Shown here: positions 39,466-52,500 of the stretch, piece by piece
How the letters are laid out: each line of letters starts with the position of its first letter
How positions within the stretch are numbered: the stretch's first letter is position 1
Notes under the pieces: model-generated
Databases searched by the model: none
What the model was told of the DNA's origin: nothing
What the model saw: only the letters and a program-made list of their open reading frames with translations
From: Macrostomum hystrix
Taxonomy: Eukaryota > Animalia > Platyhelminthes
DNA length: 64,000 nucleotides
Direction: 5' to 3'
Assembly (NCBI GenBank): GCA_950097015.1
Contig: CATNEN010000003.1
Coordinates: 5,332,001-5,396,000 of the forward strand
Translations under genes and position numbers: made by a program

Positions 39466-40557
39466 TACTATTCAGAGCGGAAGTTCCTTTCGTTAGTCGA
39501 TTAGTTGTGCTGTCCCATAGGTGGCTGGTGGCAGCCCTGTTCAGCAGGTTCTGTAATTCTCACAACCCTGCATGGTATTATCCTCCTTGGTCACTGGGAT
39601 CTTGGCGACTCGATCTGTCACACCCAAAGCTACCAAGTACATCGGTGGTACGGGGGTATAGTTGCAGAGAGATGATACCCGGTTCTCTCATTGCTATCCC
39701 ATCTTGAGCGGGTACCACCTTCATGAGCTGGAGGCTGGAAAAGGGGCGCCATTATTATTAATACGAGTATGTTGTTTCAAAGTATTACATGGCATATACT
39801 CGTATGAGCTCGTAAAATCTCATACCATTCATGCATTTCCGCTGATTCAAAAAAATTAAAATTAATTTTGGAAATCTATTATTAGTTACTTTAGGACTTT
39901 AGGATTACGTAAAAACTTTGATCAGTGCATCCTTGCAGCTCTAATCATAATAAACAACCAGTTTCTTCAGTAAACAAAAACAAATACATGTACAGGTAGC
40001 AATACTTTTTTTTACTACGGATAAGATTATTCAATGACATTATTTAGCTAAATAATGTATGTAAACTAAATTGCTAACTATACATTATCAATCAGCTCGA
40101 TCATCATGCACTCTTATTGCTGACTTGTAATGAGTACATGTATGCCATGCCTATGCGAAGATCGATTAAAAACATAAATTAAATAAAAGTTTTAATTGGA
40201 GACACAAAAAACTTAAAAATAAGATAACAGTTGTTCATGTGTAGTACTTGAAGTAATGTGCCTTAGTTTGACGAATCAAGCAATTCTGAGTGATCAAGAA
40301 GGTGTATTAATACGAGTACATCGAAAGAAAATAAACGATTGCAGCTAAATTTGGTAGCGTAAAGTGACATGAAATCCAAGCATATGTTTTAAAAATTGTG
40401 CGAAAATATGTATATCTTAAGCACATTTGTGTTTAAGCAGGAAAACTTATTAAAAGTAATTAAAGACGTCTTAACGCACACCTAAATACTACACAATGTA
40501 CTTTTATTTTTTCTACGGACCTATCGTAAAGAAAGACTAGTTAATTTGTGCCAGTTG

Positions 40558-43500
40558 TTAGACAATCGAAATCTTCTGCATTCTCTCGCGCACCATTGTG
40601 GATGTTGATAAGCAGCTCTGCTGGGACTCTGGTTGGTGCTTCAACTTTGGCCTTTGCTGCGGCTGCGCCTGCGGCTGTGGCTGCTGCTGCTGAGGATAGA
40701 ACCGTTCGCTGAATTGCGGTGCATCGTCGATGCCTATTCCACCGCTGCTGCCACATTGGGTTTCGGCAACTAATCGACGTGTAACGCTTAAATCTAAGCC
40801 AGAATCAGACTTGTCCATCTTAACGCCCTGCCGACACATAACCAACAGCAGCAGTAGGCCGATGAGACCCACGGTTACAACAACACCAATGCCGACATGG
40901 AACATCTGGTAGGTGGCCTCAGTAAGACCTGTAATGATAAGACCTGATTGTACATCCTTTTATGACTATTCATTAAAAAAATTGCAAAACTGTAGACCAA
41001 AAACGAGTAGATGTGTGAACGAATCTGAACGAATCTTCTAGCACCAATTAGATCCCTGAGCTCGATTTTTTGGCGCAGCCACAGAGAGAAGGCTCGGAGA
41101 TTTTCATGCAACTTACGACCTTTAAGGCCAACTTCAAATACACAGTGAAAGTGCACACTGCCTGACAATGAGAACGTCAGAACGTCAGGATTCCGTACTG
41201 AACATACCATAAATAAATGTATTAAGACTCGTTTTGCTCTCAAATTGGTTTCAAGCTAACCAGCTTGTCGTGTGAGAATATACAAGTTCAATAATTTTAT
41301 TTATCCTCTACAATAAAATTTGCAACTCTAACAAACTCACAATTCATATCCTCATCGCTATTGTCAGCCTCGTACTCAGTGAAGTTTCTCCAACGATTCC
41401 ATTCTATGTTTTCCTCGGCAACGAAGCCAGTCACAATAGTGCCGCAGTTTGGAAGTCGATTGCACTCTAGCAGGTGGTCGATGCAGTGACGCGTTCGGTT
41501 ACACCGAAACCCAGGACAAACTCCTGTTTTGTTTACATTTATGTGACAATAATTTGAGCAGACATTATAATCAATCTTGAAAATAGCTGTTTGTAATCTA
41601 TGACTATAAAAATGAGCACTAACCGTTAGCTGACTCATTGTTGAGCACCTCGGTCCAGGCAAATTTCAATCCCCTACCGCCGCGACTACCCCTAGTAGTG
41701 ATGAGGCGCAGGCGAACGTGTTGTCCAGTTTCACCGTAGAAAGCTGGAATGCTATTGTCGGAGCCGCAGATCTCAGACGACGGTATGTGACTGTTGCCCC
41801 TGTAGATGCGAACTACGGCCATTGAGCAGCCTAGAGAAACAAGTTTTTTATATTGACCAGAAAATATAAATGTGATTCAAGCAAAAAACAAATGAATGAG
41901 CAACGAGCGAACGGAAGAATGAACGAAAATGAATGAAAGAATAAACGAACGAACAAACGAGTGAATGAACGGAAGAATGAACGAGTAAATGAACGGAAGA
42001 ATGAACGAGTGAATGAACGGAAGAATGAATGAGTAAATGAACGGAAGAATGAACGAGTAAATGGACGGAAGAATGAACGAGTAAATGAACGGAAGAATGA
42101 ACGAGTGAATGAACGGAAGAATGAACGAGTGAATGAACGGAAAAATGAACGAGTAAATGAACGGAAGAATGAACAAGTGAATGAACGGAAGAATGAACGA
42201 GTGAATGAACGGAAGAATGAACGAGTGAATGAACGGAAGAATGAACAAATGAATGAACGAAAGAATGAACGAGTGAATGAACGGAAGAATGAACGAGTAA
42301 ATGAACGGAAGAATGAACAAGTGAATGAACGGAAGAATGAACGAGTGAATGAACGGAAGAATGAACGAGTGAATGAACGGAAGAATGAACAAATGAATGA
42401 ACGAAAGAATGAACGAGTAAATGAACGGACGAAAGAAAGAACGAACGCTTTTAGTGTAACACACTAAAAGTGGGGAACGAACCTCGCGCTGGCAGACCGA
42501 GACCGGTTTCTGGCTTGTTTGCCTTCGTCAGTCAGCCATAACCACACGCAGTCCTCTCCCACCACTCTCAGTGTGCACAGAAGTCTCTATTTTTATGGCG
42601 ATACTTTTTCAGTGTTATGTGAGAGTTTTGCAGCCAAGTATTTGCTTTTCTACTGTTGTCAGTAGTCTGAATTGCATCTCTCACAGAGTGAATGAACGAA
42701 TGAAAGAGAGAACGAACGAGTGAACGGACGAATCAGGCGAGAGCGTACGCATAGGCACGCGGCGGGGTGCTGCGGAACAAACGTGCTTTAATTGGCACTA
42801 GATCCGAGCCCAGTGCAAACCGCAGCTCAACGAACAAGCAAGCAAACAAGCGAATCGGAGGAACGAAAAAAGAAACGAGAAAAAAACGAACTTTTGGTTC
42901 TTGCCAAGTGCGTTGCGAGGCTTTTTTACTGTTGTTAACACAAAATAAAAAAATAATATAGCGTACTCTTAGTCGACCCTTCCAGATGGAACTCGGGAAA
43001 TTGAACAAAGACCTTGTTCTCCGGCTTGTTCGGATAAATCTGCCATTCGCAGATCACATCCGATGCGTGGCGCGCCTTTGGATCCCGCGGAATTTTAATG
43101 ATTCCACCGTGATTAGGCGATAGTATCTTGCCACCACAATAGTGATCTGAGAATAGGAACAGGTTTGTCAGAGCATTTAGATTCCAATAAATAATAAGCA
43201 ACTTATTTGAAGAAGAAACTCACTTGGCATCAGCGCCTCCTTAGACGGAAAGTCGTACTCAATTTGAAAGCCAGTAGCTGTTCTTCTGCCGTACTGTTCG
43301 TGCGGCTTCTTGTCCCAGGTGGATACAAAGCGCACCTGAAGTTCCATAGTGTCCAGGTGACTCACGTAGGGCCCAGGTATTGAGGTACCACAGTAGACTG
43401 ACACTTTGTCTCTCTGAGTCTCCGAACTGTTTGTTAATCTGCAGGTTTAATCGGTGATTTTCGTGATTATTCATTATATAGATCTTAGAAGGCACACGCA

Positions 43501-46500
43501 GAGGCCAATAAAGCACGGTTCATGCCCACTACGTATACTCGTATTTGCTTAATAATTACTCGCATATGCAAAATTATAGGCCTGATTAGGAAATTCTACT
43601 TTATCCTCATGGATGTAAAACCCCAGGAATCTTGTCATCAACTCACGCATCGTTATTTCATGTTGACGATAACTGACGATATTATGTGCACGACATGTGC
43701 ACGACATGTGCACGACATCGCTACAGAAGGCTATGTAGCTTAGTAATAGCTTAGTAAGTATATCGCGTAGCCGACATGTACATAGAATACTTTATTTCCT
43801 TCAAAACATATAGGCTCCAATAAAACCTCGACATCATTCTAGCTTGACACCAATGCATATACCATCTTGACGCCAATTCATGTACCATCTTGACACCAAT
43901 ACATATACCATCTTGACGCCAATACATATACCATCTTGATAACAATACATATACCATCTTGATAACAATACATATACCATCTTGATAACAATACATATAC
44001 CATCTTGATAACAATACATGTACCATCTTGATATCAATACATGTACCATCTTGATAACAATACATGTAACATTTTGACACCAATACATATACCATCTTGA
44101 CGCCAATGCATATACCATCTTGACACCAATGCATATACCATCTTGACACCAATACATATACCATCTTGACACCAATACATATACCATCTTGACGCCAATG
44201 CATATACCATCTTGATATCAATACATGTACCATCTTGACACCAATACATATACCATCTTGACACCAATACATATACCATCTTGACGCCAATGCATATACC
44301 ATCTTGACACCAATACATATACCATCTTGACGCCAATACATATACCATCTTGATATCAATACATGTACCATCTTGATATCAATACATGTACCATCTTGAT
44401 AACAATACATGTAACATTTTGACACCAATACATATACCATCTTGACGCCAATGCATATACCATCTTGACACCAATGCATATACCATCTTGACACCAATAC
44501 ATATACCATCTTGACACCAATACATATACCATCTTGACGCCAATGCATATACCATCTTGACACCAATGCATATACCATCTTGACACCAATACATATACCA
44601 TCTTGACACCAATACATATACCATCTTGACGCCAATGCATATACCATCTTGATATCAATACATGTACCATCTTGATAACAATACATGTAACATCTTGACA
44701 CCAATTGTCGGATTCCCGAATCCTCCATATGCTATTACAAAGTACGCAATCTTCATATATTCTTATATATTCATTTGCATTAGTCTGCCCCAATTCTCGT
44801 TCACTACGTTTGAACCATAGACAACCTCCAAGCTTCCACTGTACTCTATAACTCGTATTATCAATAAAGCAAGCGCGGGGCTTTGCCCCAAAAGAGAAAC
44901 TTTCTACCTTACCACAGCAGCAGCAGCATATCCGTTTATATTATTGTCACTGCCTGACAATTTGGTAGCAGAGCGTGGTTTACAAGCCTGCCTACGTGCC
45001 CGCCTGTGATCCACAAACATGTCCAGCCTATGCGCATTCGTTAGCACGACCGCCACGTGCTCTGAGACATGCCTAGCTCAACAGCACAGCAAGGAAAAGC
45101 TGCGCTGCCAGTACTGCCATACCGTCATATGTCGCCGTTTCGCTGACTCAGCCTTCTCTCCTAAAGGATCGGCCAGTAAGGCGGTGTTCGACCTTCTCCT
45201 CTCTCGACTCAACGAGGCCTTGGACTCAGCCGGCCCGCAGCCCGTCTACAAATGCCCTCTCTGTCCCTCCTCGGACGGCTACTCAGCGCCCTCGCTCTAC
45301 GAGCAGCTGACAGCCCAGGGACTCATGCAGGTGGACCTTCGCGACAAGCGTCCAACGCACTTCAAACGTAGCGGCCTCCAGCACGGCATCCGGGCCTCCG
45401 GCTCTGAGGAGGGAGTGGAGAGCGCCTCCACACCAGAAGCCCGCGACCCAGGCCACGTGAACAACGACGGCGGCAGCCAGCGACGCAACAGCGCCAACCC
45501 TGCGACTACATCAGCACAGCCAGCCTCCCATTCTGCCTGTGCCACTCCGCGGCCCACTACTACAGATCCCGCAGCCGCGCCCGCACAGCCTGGCTTCTTC
45601 CCACGGTCCAGCCCATCCTACGCACCCGGCGCAGCGCCCGCTGTCTCTCAGGACTGCATGCAGCAGCTCCTCTACAGCTTGACACAGATGATGCAACAGA
45701 ACCAGCAGATCCTGCTGCAGGTCCAGGCCCAAGCGTGCCAGCCTTCCAACTCATCCGTTCCAACCCAACCGGCTCCACGACCCAACTTCTCGGGCGACAG
45801 CGTCCTTCGCAACGTCCAGCTCCAAACGTTCGACGGCAGCGACCCCGCCAGCTTCCCAGCCTTCTGGAGCTCCTTCAACTACCGAGTCGACAGCACCAGT
45901 TACTCGGATGTAGACAAGTTCGAGACCCTACGAGGCCTTCTCAAAGATGCTGCGCTCAAGAAGCTCGGTGGCCTCGACGCCTGCCAGCCCGGTGCGTACA
46001 AGGAGGCCCGTCGCATCCTCGAGCTCAACTATGGCGACCTGCAAGAGCAGAAGAGCGTCTGCTACCGTCGTCTCCTCGCCATGCCGCGTCTGCGTAGCAT
46101 CGAGTACGAGAGCCTGGAGGACTTCGCCGACGTTCTCCGTCTCACCATCGGACAACTCAGTCGACTAAACGAGCCGGCAGCCGCCATGGACGCCTACGCT
46201 TTCGCCTTGTGGCCCAAGCTACCGAGCGCCATGCAGATGGATATCCAAGAGGCGCGCATCAAGGGTTCCAAGACACCCATGCCCACCATGGCCGAGCTAC
46301 AGGACCACCTCGACACCAAGCTGCGAGCGCTCCGAGCCTCCATTGCCACTGCCGAGCCTGCAGCGATCCCGTACGCCGGTGCTAGTCTCGTCAACGCAGC
46401 TTGCCATACCAAAGACATCTTCAAAACAGAGCAACGCAACTCCAGACCTAGCTGGGACCCTCCAGCTCGCGACAACAACAGTCGACTAACTCGCCGACGC

Positions 46501-49500
46501 GACGCCAATTGCGTTTTCTGCGACAGCGACACTCACGCTGCCTCCCACTGTGGTCGCGTGGTCAAGCCAGATGAGCGACTGGACATCGTCCGACGCAAGA
46601 AACTCTGCTTCAACTGCCTGCGAGCGCACGAGGTTCGCAACTGCCCCTCGCGCTTTCGCTGCCAGGAGTGCAAGGCCAAACACCACACTTCCCTGCACGG
46701 TGCCAGCACCCTGGAGACTAAGCCAGCTCACAAGACTGTGTCTACGCGACAGTCCAAAACTAACTCACACCTCAACGCCTCCAGCGGCACGACTGCCATA
46801 GCCGATTCCGAAAGTGCGCCTGTCAATGCCATCTCCTGCATCTCCTCAACCCAGGACCAACAGTTGAGCTCCACCATCATGGCCACCTTCGCCACAGCTG
46901 CCGTCAACCCCGTCAACGGTGCCTCTGTCAAGGTGACAGCCCTCATCGACGGCGGCTGCAGCTACACGTACCTCAACAATGACATTGCTCAACGCCTCGG
47001 TCTCAAGTCGCTCGCTAGGCTGAGCCTCGACAGCTCCGCTTGCCACGCCGACACCCGCCGTCGCATCCATGCCGACATTGTCCGACTTGAGCTCGCTGCG
47101 GCCGACGGCCGCCGCATGCCATTGAAGGTACTCTGCGTGGAGAAGATCGCTCCAGCTATCCACGTACCAGCTACGAAACTGCCCAGGGACGTCCAGGCTA
47201 GCCTCGCTCACGTTCCGTATGGTATCGCCAACTTACCTCCTGCCAGAGACGAAGAGGTACATCTCGACCTGCTCATCGGCAACGACTACGCCCAGCTGCT
47301 GATCGGACCCAGCATCGGCGCCATCCCGCTGCGGCCCAGGCTCACGGCCCACCTCACCCCGTTCGGCGCCATACTGAGCGGCTCCCTCGGAGACGACGAG
47401 CATCACAGCGGCAACAGCCACCCTCGCGTCATCGGCAACACTCTGCTCTGTAATAGCCATCCGACGAACCTGGAACAGCTGGTAGACCGGATGACCAGCC
47501 TTGAGATCCTTGGCCTGCAGAAGGATGTGGGGCGAGTAAACCTTCAGGATGACGCGCTCACCATCCGCCTTCTCGAGAGCGTCACTCGCCAGCCAGATGG
47601 ACGCTTCTCCGTCGCCCTGCCCTTCAAGCCTGAGGCAGAGCAGCTACCCACCAACTTCAGCCAAGCCTTTGGACGCGCTCAAGCGACCCACCGCAGACTG
47701 ACGCTGGCCCAACGCGAGCAATACTACGCAGAGTTCAAGAAGAGAAAAGAGGAAGGTGTTATTGAGATCGTGGACGGAGGCAAGCCTGCAGGGTCCATAG
47801 TACACGTGCTCCCACACTTTCCAGTCGTCAAGGAGTCGTCCAACACCACCAAGATCCGGCCAGTAGTGGATGCTTCCGCTCCCACATCACTTGGTGGCCG
47901 CTCCCTCAACGACCTGCTGGAAACCGGGCCTAACTTACTCACAAGCCTCCTGCAAGTGCAACTACGTCTCCGCATCTTCCGGTATGCCTGCATCAGCGAC
48001 CTGCAGTCCGCCTTCTATCAAATCGCCGTCCACCCTAGCTGTCGTGACGCGCTCCGCATCATTCTGCCGAAAGACATCAGCAAGCCACTGACCCAGGATA
48101 ACTTCCAACTATGGCGGTTTACCAGAGTCGTGATGGGAGCCAGCCCGTCTCCATGGATCCTTCTCGCCATCATTCACAAGCTCTGTCTGGACGCCTCCCA
48201 ATCCTGCAACTTCGGTCTCACAGACAATGAGGTGGAGTCGATTCCATCGGGCCTGTACGTGGACAACTTGGTGCAGGGCTACGACGACAAAGGGACAGGC
48301 CCTCGCCTGATCAAGGGCCTTCGCTCGCTGTTCAAGTCTGCCGGATTTCATCTGCGGGAGTTCGCTGCCAATGACTCCGACGCTCTGAAGGAGCTCCCTG
48401 GGGAGGACCGAATCTCAAGTCCCTCCGTTCAGTGCCTTGGCATCTCCTGGGACGTTCAACAGGACACGCTGCACTTGAGCAAGCCGGAGATCCCTGCGGA
48501 CAGCGCCCTCACCCGGTCCAGTCTCCTCAGCGCGATCTCGAAGCCTTACGACCCGTTCGGCTGCGCGGCTCCGCTTCTCCTCGCCGGACGCCTGCTCTAC
48601 AATGCCGCCTTCGACTCAGGTGACCCGTGGGACAAGCCTGCTGACTCGGACACCATCAAAGCCTGGAGCAAACTCCGAGAGGACTTCATCCAGATTGACC
48701 GCATTGCCATACCACGTCGCTGCATCGAAGACCGTACCAAGCCCTGTCGTCTTGTCATCTTCAGCGACGGATCACCGCAAGCATATGGCTTCGCCATCTA
48801 CCTGCAACAGGAACTGAACGGCCGTACCATCTCCAACCTGATCCATGCCAAGGCCCGTCTCGTCCCGGCCAGGAAGAAGGGTATGTACATCACTGTGCCA
48901 CGCATCGAACTCTGGGCTGCGCTTATCGCCAACCGGACGGCCTCGATCGTCCGCGACATACTGACGCCGGCCGTCAACATTGTCGGTATCACGCACTACA
49001 TCGATAGCCAAATCGTCCTGTACTGGCTTCAAAATGGCACCAAGCTTCGCCCCTACGAAGGCCGTCGGGTTCAAGAAATTCGGGACTCGGACCTCACCAG
49101 CGACCGCCGTTACGTGCCCACCAAGGAAAACCCGGCGGACTACTGCACCAAACCACTAGACCTGGCACACCTGCTCAGTTCCAACTTCCTCAAGGGGCCC
49201 AGCTTCCTCGAGCTCCCCTTTGATGCCTGGCCTTCTTGGACCCCGCCCGCTGTGGACGTCAGCCTCCTAAAAAACACGCCGTCGGCAACAGTTAAACACA
49301 CCCAATCGAACAATCTTCTTGCCTTCGCCGCGAAAATCTCTATGACGCCGCCTGCAGGAATGGACATAACACGCTACGGCCGCCTGAGCACTTTGCTTGG
49401 TGCCACCGCCTACGTTATACGCTTCGCCACTCACAGCAAAGCCAAGGGAATCCCAAACACATCCGAGCGCGAAGCGGCTCTTCTCCTCTGGGTCAAGTAC

Positions 49501-52500
49501 GTGCAGGAGCTTCACCATCCAAAGACACTAGCAGCCTTTCGTTCCAACAACCCAAAGGCGTGCAAGTTGATTCACCAGCTCGACCTCTTCGAGGACCACG
49601 ACGGTCTTCTCCGCCTCGGCTCTCGGATGGCCAACGCCACTCTCAGTGTGGACGCTCTTCACCCGTTCCTGCTTCCGCCAGACAGCCGCCTCAGCCACCT
49701 GCTCATCCTACACATTCATCAGCAGGAAACGCACGCTGCGGCCTCGACTGTCCTTAGTCTACGGGAGCGTTTCTGGGTTCCTCGCGGCCTCTCCACCGTT
49801 CGAGCGGCCCTTCGCCACTGTCTAGACTGCCGGAGCTCCAAGGCGCCTACACTCCCTCGACCACCTCACGGTCAGCTCCCGTCGGAACGCCTGGATTCAA
49901 GTCAAGCTGCCTTCAGCTCCATTCTGGTGGATCAACTCGGACCCATCCATACGTTCGATTCCAAAACCCTCATCGTAGTCAAGCGCTGGGCCCTCGTGAT
50001 CTGCTGCGCCGCAAGCCGAGCCGTCCACCTCGAGTACCTGTACGACTACTCCGCTGATGCGGTTCTCCACGCCTTCGAGCGCTTCTGGGCCAGACGCGGA
50101 TTGACTGAAGGCACCATCTTCCTCGATCAGGCCACCGCCTTTCAAGCAGCTGCGCGAGTCGTCGATGGCCTCCTCGCACCAGCCTTCCAGCACAAGCTCT
50201 ATCAAGATCTTCAGCCATTCGCCGCCTTTAGAAAGCTGCGGTTCAGATTCGCTCCAGTTCGATCGCCATGGCACCAAGGAGCGGTGGAGCGTCTGGTTGG
50301 CCTCACGAAGGCGAGCTTGCGACCCGCCCTCTGGCGGCGACGGATTACCGATGACGAGCTACGGACGCTGCTGTGCAAAGTGGAGGCCGTCCTCAACTCG
50401 CGCCCGTTGACGGCCCTCAGCAGCGACCCCAAGGACCCAAGGCCTTTGACTCCCGCCGACATCGTTGCCCCCAGCCCTCGGCTAGATCTTCCAGCCTCAA
50501 CCGACCACTTTATCCCGGCTCCCGGACAGCCACCTGCGGAGTGGCTCCGCGCGCTCTACCGCCGTCGGGAGCAGATCATCGACAGCTTCTGGGAGAGGTG
50601 GCGCCGCGAATACATTCAGCACCTGCGGTCCACCCACCTGCAAGAGCGGCGGCGAACTGGCTGCGCCCCCGAAGGGCCTCGCGTCGGACAGCTCATGCTG
50701 CTGGCCGACACCACGCCGCGCTCTTGCTGGAAGACCTGCCGCGTCCTGGCCGTGCATCCTGACTCCGCTGGTGTTGTCCGCTACGTTACAGTTATCACCA
50801 GCACAGGTCACGAATCTCAGCGTGCCATCAGCCACCTCGTACCGCTGGAGGCTGATATGGCGCCTACATGTACATCAGAGAATGACGGGGCCGGCTCGAA
50901 AGACCAGCAGCCGCTTACACCGCCGCATGTACGTGACAACACCATGAGCACTGTGGGTGCCACAGCCCCGACGATGGCATCAGCTCGTGAACTGCGTGCT
51001 CAGCGGCGACAACAAGTGCGGGACGCACTGTTCAACATCGCGTGACTTCCTTGACTAGCACATAGCAGTTGAACTTACAACAATTCCGGACAATTGTCTT
51101 ACTGTCTAATCAATGTTAGTTGATCCACATCAACAATTCTGTTCATCGCTCCGCCCCCAGCCCCTGTCGAATTCCCGAATCCTCCAACTGTTAATCGTTC
51201 TGCCCCCCAGCCTGTCGGATTCCCGAATCCTCCATATGCTATTACAAAGTACGCAATCTTCATATATTCTTATATATTCATTTGCATTAGTCTGCCCCAA
51301 TTCTCGTTCACTACGTTTGAACCATAGACAACCTCCAAGCTTCCACTGTACTCTATAACTCGTATTATCAATAAAGCAAGCGCGGGGCTTTGCCCCAAAA
51401 GAGAAACTTTCTACCTTACCACAGCAGCAGCAGCATATCCGTTTATATTATTGTCACTGCCTGACACCAATACATATACCATCTTGACGCCAATGCATAT
51501 ACCATCTTGACACCAATACATATACCATCTTGACACCAATACATATACCATCTTGACGCCAATGCATATACCATCTTGACACCAATACATATACCATCTT
51601 GACGCCAATACATATACCATCTTGACACCAATACATATACCATCTTGATATCAATACATGTACCATCTTGATAACAATACATGTAACATCTTGACACCGC
51701 CATCCTGACTCCAATAAATGCATGTCTTGACAACAATCACGGTCATGAAGATCCGTCGTCTTTGACCTACATTAATTTTCAGTTCACTGACCTGTAAATG
51801 TCGAACAGCTCCACTCTGTCACCAGTGCAGGCCACATAGGAGCCAGTCGAGTGATGCCTCTTATCATTGTTGAGGCTTTCGACATAAAAGTCTTCAACGT
51901 AGAAGTGAGTGAAGCGGATACGAACCAGTTCGTTTGGTTTCTCAGCTATGAAGCGCAATAGACAGGTGATGTTGTTCGGATAGTGAGCCTTGGTCCTGCT
52001 GTTGAATAGTGGCGAGTTTGTGAGGCCTCTGTTTCGTTCGCTGCTCCTATAGGTGAACTCGCAGCGATCCTCAGAGATCGGAATTCCAGGAATGCCATAG
52101 TCTGTGGAAGATAATAGATAGAATAATATTACTCGTAATGTAATGCCAATTTTAGTACCAATGGAGATTCAAGGGCGATGCCACCAAATATAGTTTGTAA
52201 TGTCAAGTGTACCTTCCATGGCGTTTGATTAGGGACGTTAGAGAGATTCGCGACCTTCCGCTGTAAGCTGGTGACAAACCGTTGAAGGTTCAGAATCTCC
52301 GACCAGGTGAATGCCAGTATAGATAATGACTCGTATTTAAACATCTTTTGACCTTTTGTCAGAATCCTCGTCGAATATCTCGACGTTTTAGGTAAGGTGG
52401 CAACTTGATTGCTGCTTGAGCAGAAAGCTACCCTTGTTCTAGAATTCAATGTACATGCTTTGCTCGATTAATGCAACAGCAGTGGGGAAGAAATTGTCTG

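Larger units (their letters stand above)
44706..51466 (+). mobile_element. full-length BEL/Pao LTR retrotransposon
   Basis: LTRs 44706-44959 and 51213-51466 (254 bp, TG...CA, identical by eye). 5-bp TSD CCAAT (44701-44705 and 51467-51471). PBS present. Single gag-pol ORF in PR-RT-RH-IN order with three zinc knuckles. Confidence 0.98.

Noticed and set aside
42769-42826. GCTGCGG...CCGCAGC stem-loop in a CUB intron (similar CGTACTGC...GCAGTACG near 8531-8564)
   Set aside because: Isolated 7-8 bp stems are expected by chance, and no snoRNA or miRNA hallmarks were seen.
45297-50835. Many short antisense or alternative-frame ORFs in the BEL element, including a possible env
   Set aside because: By-products of GC-rich coding sequence. 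Only about 170 bp separates the pol stop from the 3' LTR, leaving no room for env.
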